Assembly (NCBI RefSeq): GCF_018977255.1
Contig: NW_024704743.1
Span: 35,528,001 to 35,592,000, forward strand
Source: Callorhinchus milii
Taxonomy: Eukaryota
Reading direction: 5' to 3'
Length of the DNA: 64,000 bases
Shown: in pieces, positions 53,500-64,000 of the stretch
Layout of the letters: each line of letters begins with the position of its first letter
How positions within the stretch are numbered: position 1 is the stretch's first letter
The notes under the pieces: generated by a model
What the model saw: the letters and a program-made list of their open reading frames with translations, nothing else
The model's database searches: none
What the model was told of the DNA's origin: nothing
Position numbers and translations under genes: made by a program

Positions 53500-54270
53500 C
53501 CCAGGTTAATAAGGCTATTAAAAAAAAGCAAACCAGGCAGTGGGGTTCATTTGTATAGGGACAGAAATGAAAAGCAGGGAAGTTATGGTAAACTTCTATA
53601 GAACCTTGGTTAGACCACACTTAGAATACTGTGTGCAGTTTTGGTCCCCAAATTATAAAGGCACTGGAGAGGGTACAAAAGAGATTCATACTTGGACTCT
53701 TTTCTCTTGAAAAGCGGAGGGTATAAGGTGACCTGATAGAGGACTTTAAAATGATGAAAGGTTTTGATAGGGTAGATATAGGGAAGATGTTTCCACTTGT
53801 GCTGGAGACCAAAACCAGGGGCCATCAATATAAAATAGTCACAAATAGATCAAACAGGAAATTTAGAAGAAATATCTTCACACAGAGAGTAGTGGGAATG
53901 TGAACATGCTACCATAAGGAGTTGTTGAGACAAATAGCATAGATGTATTTAAGGGAAAGCTAGATAGGTACATGAGGGAGGAAGGAATAGAAGGTTATGC
54001 TTGAAGGCTTAGTTGAGGAAGGGCAGGAGGAGGCTCATGTGGAGCATAAACACCGACGTAGACCAGTTGGGCCGAATGGCCTGTTTCTGTGCTGTATTTT
54101 CTAATGTACTCTAATGTAATGTATGACCATATATTTTTGTTAGGTAACAGTATCAAGGGATATGGAGAAAAGTTAAGTAAATGGAATTGAAGTACAGTTC
54201 AGCCATGATCTAATAGAATGGCGGAACAAGCTTGTGGGGCTAAATAGTTTACTCCTGATCCTATGTTCCT
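53500..54270 (+). mobile_element. CR1-clade LINE 3' ends (two adjacent)
   Basis: TTGGTTAGACCACACTTAGAATACTGTGTGCAGTTTTGGTC (LVRPHLEYCVQFW) and tail GGGCCGAATGGCCTGTTTCTGTGCTGTA. Confidence 0.88.
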
Positions 54271-54366
54271 ATAATTTAATCCCAAATCCCTGATCACTCT
54301 CAATTACAGTAGTTAATATTCCTTCTCTTTAAGCATTGATCTAATTCAATGCATTGATCTAATTCG

Positions 54367-54746
54367 TGGAGTCCTATAGCTCAGTGGTTAGAGCATTCGC
54401 CTTGCAAGCGAGAGACCTGGGTTTGATGCCAGACAGTGTGAAATGTTGGGCAAGTTTCCTTACTCCACATGCCACTGTTTACCTAGTAGTAAGTAGGAAC
54501 CCAATTGTTAGTCGATTGGTAGATCGCTTTTCCGGGGGTAATATTTCCTTCAAAAAAAATAATAAATAATTGGTCACTCAATCCATGACTGTTTGAGGGA
54601 CACTGCTATGTGCAATTGGCTGCCGCGTTTCGCCCACAAAATATCCAGTCAGTTCACTTTACAGTATATTTTGTGAAGCACTTTGAGACAGCTCAACGCG
54701 TGATAAGGCACTGTATCAAATGCAAGGATTATTATTATTATTATTA
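54367..54746 (+). mobile_element. tRNA-derived Deu-type SINE, full length
   Basis: Head GTGGAGTCCTATAGCTCAGTGG through to the TTA tail. Confidence 0.88.
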
Positions 54747-55389
54747 ATTCCAAGAGAAGCTACGCAGGCTGCTTCAATGTTCTACAGCAGAGAATTTTGC
54801 ATTCCAACCCCTCTGTGAAGAGAAATATTTTCGAACTTAGCCTTTGTGTTCATTTTATTTTTAAAGGAGGGATTATTAAGTCAATAATTTTGAACAATCA
54901 TTTAATAGCATTAACATCACTTAAGTAAATGCCTGATAGTTAAAAATTTCAGTTGTGTGAATGGAAAATAAAAATCCAAATCGGATTCACTCTTGTTAAC
55001 TGAATATACGTAATATATTAATTCCTGTTGCTCTTGTTGAATTCCTGTTGCTTCAACCTGACACCAGATTATTTTAAATCACATTTGCAGCAATTTTCAG
55101 TATTATGAATTATAATTTTGGCATTTTTAACACATACCAAAATAAATAAAAATTGAAAGTGTGAATTATACAACGTCAAATGAATTTTATGAAGTAATCC
55201 AGCAGTTATACATACATCGTGAGCACAAAATTCACCAAAGAAAAACAATAATAATAATAATACTAATTATTGCATTTCATTCAGCACCTTATCACGTCTT
55301 TGAGAAGTCTCAAAGAAAATATATATTTTTTAAAAATAATTCTTATGTTTATTGTGGTGTTCTGGTGCTAATACTCCAGCTGCTTTATG

Positions 55390-55763
55390 TAATCCTGTAG
55401 CGTAGTGGTTAGACCACTCTCCTCGCAAGCTTAGAGGACCTGGGTTCAATTCCCGGGCAGGGCAAAACCTTAGGGAAGTTTCCTTACTCCACACACGCCT
55501 CTGTTTACCTAGTAGTAAGTAGGAATCTGGTTGTTAGTCGATTGGCAGTTCGCTTTTCCGGGGATAATAATCCCTTCAAATAAAAAAAATAATTTGGTCA
55601 CTCAATCCACAAATGTTTGTGGGACACTGTTGTACACAATTGGCTGCCGCATTTCGCCTACATAATATACAGTCAATCCACTTTACAGTATATCCTGTGA
55701 AGCTCTTTGAGATATCTCAAACACATGATAAGGTGCTATATCAAATGCAAGAATTATTATTAT
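55390..55763 (+). mobile_element. tRNA-derived Deu-type SINE, full length
   Basis: Same family. Confidence 0.87.
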
Positions 55764-55769
55764 TCTTCT

Positions 55770-56060
55770 TCATTCTCGTATCAAGTTTTCTCTTAAATAC
55801 ATAACATTTTTTGCTTCAAACACAACTTCCACCAATGAGTTCCTCATTCTCACCACCTTATGCATGAAGTTGCTCCTTCTAAACTTTCTATTTGATCTAC
55901 TGCAAGCTATCTTATACGTGTACTCTCTCGTTTTGGACTCACCAGCAACTGGAAACATCTTATACACTTTATCAAATCTTTCCATAATTCTAACCATCTC
56001 TATTAGGTTCTCCCTCAAACTTCTCAGCTCTAGAGGGAAAAGCTTCAACCTTCCCAACCT
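55770..56060 (-). mobile_element. CR1 fragment
   Basis: LKLFPLELRSLRENLIEM..FPVAGESKTR. Confidence 0.8.
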
Positions 56061-57138
56061 TGTTAGCTTTATCCACTTGCTTTAACAGCAAAAGTGGACA
56101 TGGCCTTAAAGATTCTAAATATAGTCATTGGCTTTATGTCCAAGGAATAAAGTAGGGAATTAATGCTAAATTTATATAATTTTGATTAGACCATATTTGG
56201 AGTACTGTGTGGAGTTCTGGTAATAATAATAATAATAATAATAATCCTTGCGTTTGATACAGCGTCTTATCATGTCATTGACGCATCTCAAAGCATTTCA
56301 CAGAAAATATTGTAAAGTGAATTGACTGTATATTTTGTGGACGAAACGCTGACAAACAGTCAATTTATTTAGTATTTTGTTATTCTGGTCCCCATACTAC
56401 AGAAAAAAATTACAATACAATTTACATTTATATAGCACATTTCATGTGGGGATGTCTCAAAGTGCTTGATATTTTTAAAGCATTAAAAAGTGTGCAGCAC
56501 AGATATACTGCGATGTTATTCGCTCTATATTATGTAACAAGTCTGTAACAAGCCCTCCGAGATGCTGCCCTGCATGAATGGTGCTATTTAAATGCACGTT
56601 GTTGTAATATATTCAGCTCTTGTAATAAATATTGTTTTATGCATCTTTGCAAAGAACAACATAAAGAACATGAAGAATAAAATGCAACTCATTTTGAATG
56701 AATGTAGGAAATAATCAGCACCTGAAACTACAATCCATGATGCCTTCCAAACTCCTCTGGGCAACAAAACCACTGAGAAAGTAGATTTTATATTTAAATA
56801 TTTTTTTCAAAACTTATGCTAAAAATGTAATAACCACAGCATGTTAGTCTTATGATTCTAATAGTATTTAAAACTTGGCATAAAATGAAAGGACCTTTGT
56901 TTCAATTTGTATTTGAATGGGCCCCAAACTGTGGATTCATTTTATAACTGACGGAGAAGAAGCAAACACATTTCCCACATTCAGTTCTCAGTACAGACCC
57001 AACCTTGTAATTAGGAGGAGTAAATTATTTTTATACTTGTGTAGTTGAGTCTTTCTAACCAGGCTCCGATAACTAATTAGTTTAGTAGCTGCACATTCTG
57101 TGGGTTATTTATAGGACAAGGCAATCTACATTAGCTTG

Positions 57139-57532
57139 AGACAAAACAGAAGTCGCTGGAAACACTCAGCAGGTCAGGCAGCATCTATGGAGAAAGGAAA
57201 GTGAGTCAACATTTCAGATCCATGATCTTTCATCAGAACTGGGGCATGTTGGGAGGGAGGGGCTTTTAAGGGCTAACAGAGAGGGGTTTGATGGGTTAAA
57301 GAGGTGTTAATGATGCAAAACAAAGGTGGGGATTGCAAAAAAACAAGGGAACAAAGGTGTTAATAATGCAAAACAAAGGGGGGAGAAATTTTTGCATGGC
57401 GATGAGGAAGGCTCGGGGACCCAAAACGTTGACTCACTTTCCTTCCTCTATAGATGCTGCCTGACCTGCTGAGTGTCCCCAGCGACTTCTGTTTTTGTTT
57501 CAGATTTCCAGCATCTGCAGTATTTTGCATTT
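57139..57532. mobile_element. Non-autonomous Penelope-like insertion with inverted ends and a 12-bp TSD
   Basis: TACATTAGCTTG at 57127-57138 and 57533-57544; ~95-bp inverted arms containing GATGCTGCCTGACCTGCTGAG and CTGATGA..GAAA. Confidence 0.75.
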
Positions 57533-58556
57533 TACATTAGCTTGGGGCTGAATTTGCAATATTTTTCAATGGAGGAACTGGGGGAGTCCAGCAAGCAGAG
57601 TGTTGAAATAATCAAGCCTGGAGTTGATGAAGGCATGAACGAGGGTCTCTGACAGCCCGGGGGAGAGGTAATAGAGGAGGCGGACAGTATGAGGAAAACC
57701 AGAGCTAATGAGAGCCTGGGTGTAAAGTTTGAAGCACAGATGAGGTTGAAAACACTGGTGTTTTGTGAGGTGGAGTGAGCAGGTCAATGCAGGTCACAGA
57801 GTGGGCCCTCTGAGTGGAAGCCTGTGATTCTCCAATCCTCCTAATCTCCTTGTCCATACCGCTTTATTGACTTCTCCCTTCTTCATGTTGAGACGTGAAA
57901 GATGCTAAATAAATGTAAATTTGTATTGTATTGTATTGTACAAATCAAGTTTCTGCTTAAGTCTATTCTCATATGTTTATTACCTCATGGCCTGGAAAGT
58001 TCTGCCTAACTTCCCTTCTTAGTCCTTACTTCCTCATTTTCTTGCTGCCTTGCTAAATGTCTTCACTTATTTTCACACCTCCGGAAATTGTTTGACTTCT
58101 TTTTGTTTTTCCTGGGGTACAGTTTGAAGAGCCACAAGTACTTTCCTTGATCTAGCAGCCATTACCTATGTGTAATGTCAGCAGGTTATTTCGCACGTGG
58201 TGGACATCCCAGCTTTTATTTTGGTCAGCTGGGTGGCTGACATATGCTGAAGCCCATCACCATGCTTAAGAGTATCCAAACTGAGAACTCTATACATCCC
58301 ACATCTCCATGCATCCCACCTACACATGGAAATTCCTGAGATAGATTGTTGGTATGGAATGTGCCCTCTGTCCTACCTCTGTCCTACGCATCCTTCCTAC
58401 CTTATTCCAGAAATTACTAGGCGCAGCTTGGCTAGAACCAAGGTTTGGGGACACCAGAGTGTGTGTTGGGGTATTGCTGGATCTAACCAACTAAAACCAC
58501 ATAGCTTGCCATTCAGAATACTGTTTGGCAAGATTTCCTGCTGCTTGTCCATGTAG

Positions 58557-58955
58557 GACCACCTTCCTGTTAGGGCGTTGGTTTGCAGGGTTAACAGGAG
58601 CTGAGTTGGATGATTCCCTGGCCCCAGTGACTGATCTGCCCTTCCATGTCGCGCCATCCGCAGTGCCCTGGAATACTGTGGACCCGCCTGGCTCAGGAAC
58701 CAGACTACTAAGATCGCCCCAGAAGGCTGGTTCGATTCCGACATTCCGTTCCCAAATATGTCACCTTGTAGCCAGTTAAGCTCTAAGGAGACCCCGATTA
58801 CTTTCCACCAAGGAGGCTACAAGGTGACACTGTGGATGACAGCACAGCGCCTCATTGGCACGACCTGGAAGGGCAGATCAGTCACTGGGGCCAGGGAATC
58901 ATCCGACTCAGCTCCTGTTAACCCTGCAAACCAAAACCCTAACAGGAAGGTGGTC
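58557..58955. repeat. 100-bp inverted repeat (95/100) with a 199-bp spacer containing a 15-bp perfect IR
   Basis: Arms 58557-58656 and 58856-58955; inner arms 58759-58773 and 58815-58829. Confidence 0.93.
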
Positions 58956-59202
58956 ATTTGATATCCAACAAGCACATTTTTGAGCTTACAGCTAAATCTG
59001 ATCCTGTCCTGATCCAACATCAATGCATTCACCACCAGCAGGGATCACTGAACACATATTAGGAACTGCAACGTTGTGCTAATCTAGCTTGAATTGCTTA
59101 GGATAAGGTAGCTTAAAGAAAATAATGCTTTGCAAAATATATAAAGTGTTGTTATATAAAACACTACTGATGTATGCAAGCTGGTTGAGAAAGGTACAGA
59201 AT

Positions 59203-59344
59203 TAAAACAGAAATTGCTGGGAACACACAGCAGGTCAGGCAGCATTTATGGAGAGAGAGAAAAGTGAGTTAACATTTCAGTCGATGACCCTTCGTCAGAA
59301 CTGGTGAAGGGTCATCATCTGAAAAGTTAAGTTACTTTCCTCTA
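59203..59344. mobile_element. Second Penelope-like end, head-to-head inverted
   Basis: CAGCAGGTCAGGCAGCAT...TTTCAGTCGATGACCCTTCGTCAG followed immediately by CTGGTGAAGGGTCATCATCTGAAA. Confidence 0.7.
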
Positions 59345-61909
59345 AAGACATCTTGACTGGAACCAGGTCTGTTTCTGATAACATAACCATCCTCGTCTGG
59401 GTGTTCGGGAAGATGGCCTCCCATCAGAGGTTTGAGTGATTGCAATCTTGTGGATGTTAAGAGGAATACCAGAGACAAAGATAGAGAGGCTTGTGAATCA
59501 GACTAGGGAAGGGGAAGTTAAATTACGTTAAATTTAACTTCGGTTAAATTAGGTTAAGTTAAACTTCCATTAAGTTAAAAACACTTAATGGAAAGAAATA
59601 ACTTTGGAATAGTTGGAGTTGTCATAGAGGATCGACGCTTCTTCCCAGTAGGATCGGGTACTATCGATTTTACTGTATCTATTGTCTCAGCTTGAAGGAT
59701 TTTTTAAGTTAACAGTCTGACTTGCTGACTATTGATATTATATATTCAATAAACTCACAAATTATACACCACCATTTTGGTTTTTTCCTCCTGAACCTTA
59801 CAGAACAGGAGTCCTGGCTGTTTTTCACTTCCCTAAACAAGGGCGCAGAGGCTAATTTAGCGACCACGTTGCTATCCTAACTGGGATCAGCTCACTCAGC
59901 ACAAACTGCTGATTGAATCTGAAATCTTGCCTTTTTATATAGCTCAACTACTCAGTGGATAAACTTCCTCATTATTGATATTTGAACCGTTCACATAAAA
60001 TTGATCATTCGCTATAGTATTTATGTTCACCTACAAAATACAAAGTCACTACAGTTTACAGTAAATTCTGTGAAGCACTTTGAGACATCCTCCTAACATG
60101 AAAATAATGTCTGCTGCGTAGACCTCGCACAATTCACTGGTGAAGGTCCTCAGCCATTGTTGAGAAAACCTTTCTTGTCCAGGGAGAGCTGAACAAGCAA
60201 TGAGTACTTTGGTTTTATTTTGTTTTAAAATCTTGTTATTGTGATCACCACTTGTTATTTACTCCCATGGGAATCCTGAGTAAGAGCACTTGAAATTGGC
60301 TTGTGGGCAGTGGTGCTGTTTCTCTACCATTAGTGCTCAGGGGTAGAGGAAGAATTAGAAATATGGTGGCAGCTCCTTTATTTCACTGCCATCAAATAGC
60401 AAATTAGATTACTGACATAGATTGCTCCTCTTAGGGTCCACTGCCAAGGGGAAAATTGAATCCTGTCACATTGAGGTATTCTGATAAATTTATAGTGTAA
60501 TTTGTGGACGTGGATAGCCACACATTTAAATGGCATATAATTGAGGAAACTAAAATATGAATTTTACTATTTTTCAAACCTCCTTATCAAATTCTTCAGT
60601 CACTGGAAATGGTCTTTGAGTCCCCCTTGTATCTTCCTCCTCAGATATGGATTGATGAAAGTGAAGGGTACGAGGGGTAAATTCCTGTGCCAATTACTGC
60701 CAGCGATTGCATATCTTCTGGCTTCTGCCAAGAGGAAAATTTAATCCTGGGAATTGATCACAATAAAGGACACTTCAAGGTCAGTAAAGCATATCGTTTA
60801 TATTCCCTAAGCAATTTTCTGTTCACCGCATCTGGATCGCCGCCTAGCCTGTATTTTAGAGGGTAAAGAGTATTAAACTTTTGTTATGGTGCTGGATTGT
60901 TGAGTTTGAGTTAATATCCCATAGTAGGAGGAGGTATGTTGCAGCTGAAGTCTCACATGGGTGTTAGTGGAGCAGCTTGCATGAAAAATAGTTATATTCA
61001 GTGCATTCATTCCAACACCCAGGAAATCACCCAAAGTCATTAATCTGACAATAGCACATCCAACGAGATAACTTTAGAGATGGTTCTGAAGGTTTAAACT
61101 GTTGATCCTGTGGGAGCATTCAGCAAAAGTAATCTTGTAGCTGTCTTGTATTTCATATATATCCACATGACAGCCTGAGGTGTAACAGCACACAATCCTA
61201 GTTACATCCTCTCTCTCCTCTTTGCAGAGGAGTTACATCCTCTCTCTCTCTCTCACTAACTTTCTTTACAGCAATAAAGGGAGTGAACGAATTCATAACA
61301 GACGCAATGACATGATATATAATTGGTCCCTGGGCCTGAAGAGGCTGTGGAACAATAACCGCAGAACATGTTTGTTCAGTTTAGATTGTGTTCATAAATC
61401 TTGGATCAAGCTGCAGCGCAGGTTAGATAGTGCCCTGTACATGGAACAGTTTATGTTGCTGTGCCAGAGCTCCAGGCTTGCGGTCCTTAGGAGCAAGCTT
61501 AGAATGTATAGTTAAAATGTATCCTTAAAACCTGAATGAGTGGTTTGGGACTGAACACCCACACCCTTCCTCCCCCACTCCTGACAATGGACCACGCAAA
61601 GACTTTTCAGATTCCACATTACCCTTTTTTTTGTAAATTAGTGGGGAAACCCTGGGGATTTTGTTTCCAGACTCTATATCAGCCTTTACATTTGTACTTA
61701 CAGTACTTGACAAGGAAGCCTTTAATCAGAATTTCTGACCCTACATTACCCTACAAAGGGAGTAAAATCCTCACCCGTGCCTTTGTCACCTCCTGATTCA
61801 ATTTCTCAAACACATCCCTCACTGGTCTCCCCAGTTCCATCATCTCCGAGTTTCAACTCATACAAAACCTTTGGGAGGAGTTTTGTATGAGTTTTGGCAT
61901 TGTGCAGCG

Positions 61910-62070
61910 CTCTGAGATGTTCACCGTTCACTGTGTGAAGCTCTGAAATGTTCACTTTCACTGTGTGAAGCTCTGAGATGTTCACCTGTGTGAAACTCTG
62001 AGATGTTCACCTGTTTGAAGATCTGAGATGTTCACCTGTGTGAAGATCTGAGATGTTCACCTGTGTGAAG
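61910..62070 (+). repeat. Minisatellite, 6 units of 25-31 bp (CTCTGAGATGTTCACCTGTGTGAAG)
   Basis: Directly visible tandem units, embedded in an L2-type 3' tail. Confidence 0.92.
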
Positions 62071-62242
62071 CTCGCTTTACAAATTCAAGTTGTTGTTATT
62101 TCCCACGGCCTGGAATAAATGTATTCAGAATCCTTGCTCTCTAAAACAAAATGGTGTCAGGTTTTAGGGAAACATTTTTATTGCTTTTTCCATCCAGTGA
62201 ATAAAGCATTCCTTAATAAAGGAATGTTGTTAATGAAAGATC

Positions 62243-62610
62243 GTGGCGTCCTATAGCTCAGTGATTAGAGCATTCGCCTCACAAGTGAGAAACCTGCATT
62301 CAATTCCTGGCAGGGCAAAATGATGGGCAAGTTTCTTTACTCCATACGCCTCAATTTACCTAGCAGTAAATAGGAACCCGGTTGTTAGTCGATTGACAGA
62401 TCACTTTTCCAGGGTAATGATTCCTTGAAAAAAAATAAGTTTGTCACTCAATCCACGATTGTTTGTGGGGCACTGCTATGTGCAATTGGCTGCTGCATTT
62501 CACCCACAAAATATACAATCAATTAACTTTACAGTATATTATGTGAAGCGCTTTGAGATGTATCAAAGACGTGATAAGGCGCTATATCAAATGCAAGGAT
62601 TATTATTATA
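62243..62610 (+). mobile_element. tRNA-derived Deu-type SINE, full length
   Basis: Same family. Confidence 0.87.
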
Positions 62611-63315
62611 ATCAAATTATGAGGGGTTGTGATAGGGTGAACAAGGAGAAATTCTTTCCACCGGAAGATCAGTTGGTAACTATGGGACACCGATTGAAAA
62701 TAGTTGCCATAAGAACCAGAGGGGAGATGAGGAGAAATATTTTCACACAGCGAGTTGTTTGGATCTGGAATGCATTGCCTGAAAGGGTGGTGGAAGCTGA
62801 TTCAATAACAACTTTCAAGAGACTAGTAGATAGATATTTGGGAAGGGCAAATTTGCAGGGCTATGGGGAGAGCGCAAGGGAGTGGGATTAATTGGGACAG
62901 CTCTTTCAAAGAGCTGGCACGGACACAATTGGCTGAATGGCCTCCTTTTAATAATAATAATAATAATCCTTGCATTTGATATAGCGCTTTTCACGTCGGG
63001 AGGACGTCCCAAAGCGCTTCACAGAATATACTATAAAGTGAATTGACTGTATATTTGTGGGCGAACGCGGCAGCCAATTGCGCACAGCAATGTCGTGGAT
63101 TGAAACAGTCGTGGATTGAAAATGACCAATTTATTATTGTTTTCTTTTTTTGGAGGGATTATTATTAGGCGTGTGGAGTAAGAAAACTTGCCCAAGGTTT
63201 CGCCCTGACCAGGAATTGAACTCAGGTCTCTCACTTGCAAAGCGAGTGCTCTAACCACTGAGCTACAGGACTCCACTTTGTGCTGTATAATTCTATGATT
63301 CTGTGATTCTATGAA
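62611..63315 (+). mobile_element. CR1 3' end (interrupted by a SINE) ending in (ATTCTRTG)n
   Basis: GHRLK..RRNIFTQRVVWIWNALPERVVEA; tail ATTCTATGATTCTGTGATTCTATG. Confidence 0.9.
62949..63276 (-). mobile_element. Young tRNA-derived SINE inserted into a CR1 3' UTR
   Basis: Near-identical to 1992-2313, including the same internal deletion; splits CR1 tail GGCCTCCTTT|TGTGCTGTATAATTCTATG. Confidence 0.88.
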
Positions 63316-64000
63316 ATTAATTTAATTTAGGAATACTGGGCGTTTTCAGGTCAGGCATTTGAATATATTAAAGTTGATCAACAGAATACTGGAATACTGG
63401 GGAATTTCCTATAAAGTATGTGTCTGATTCAAGTCCTGCTCTGCTGTTGTATAAAATTGAAGGGCTGTAATATTGGCAACCTATTGTTGTGTCTTAATCA
63501 CCAGGTTACTCAGTCATGTCCACAGTTCCATGTGAATCTGATAATGAGATGAGAGGCTGATTCTGCCCCATGTGAGTAAGGCTGTGAGGCCTGACTCAGG
63601 CTTTTATGCAGAAACACTGACCACTAAACACTGGTGAGCTTCTGTTACGTATTCAGAATGCGTTTTCCAGTTATAACGTCTTACCAAAATCATAGCTACC
63701 GTCAACAAGCAGCCCTTGTAAACCCCCAGCTGCTACGTGCTCTATTAGTTGCCACTCAGTTTCCTACTTCAAAGAGTTCTATTGACATGTATTTACTCAA
63801 GTTGAGTTCATTTTACTGTTGTAATTTTAAGCATAATTCCTTGAGTGAAATTTCTCCATACTGATACAGCAGCAAAAACAAATTGCATTTATATAGCATC
63901 TTTCACATCGATAGGATGTTCCAAGGCGCTGAACAATCAAGGGTTTGCCCTGAGCTGGATAGATGTGCCACTGACAGGCACAGCTGGCTGTACTGTTCTC

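Noticed and set aside
61910..62070. CRISPR-like array
   Set aside because: The tandem units have no unique spacers, and the context is eukaryotic.
39400..64000. A second protein-coding gene upstream of F13A1
   Set aside because: The ORFs here are repeat-derived or low-information, and I recognised no exon series. Small exons cannot be excluded by eye.

Overview
Vertebrate genomic DNA, most likely from a cartilaginous fish (inferred from the repeat repertoire: L2, CR1, tRNA/Deu-domain SINEs, LF-SINE, shark-type Penelope ends). Positions 1-~39.4 kb carry almost all of a minus-strand coagulation factor XIII A-chain (F13A1) transglutaminase gene. I read 14 coding exons with canonical GT-AG boundaries that splice into one open frame of 703 codons. 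The last exon is cut by the window edge. The Cys-His-Asp triad is intact and the activation peptide is extended, ending in VPR|S. A candidate TATA promoter and non-coding exon 1 lie near 39.2-39.4 kb. The introns and the upstream ~25 kb are dominated by decayed retroelements, and I found no second gene. The most unusual non-coding items are: (1) a 394-bp Penelope-type insertion with a 12-bp TSD and inverted hammerhead-ribozyme-like ends, plus a second head-to-head copy; (2) a nested 100-bp and 15-bp foldback inside an unclassified repeat family; (3) a perfect 20-bp hairpin in intron 1; (4) a palindromic AT-rich MITE-like family clustered in the F13A1 introns. Repeat family names and human comparisons come from recall, not database searches, and repeat boundaries are approximate.
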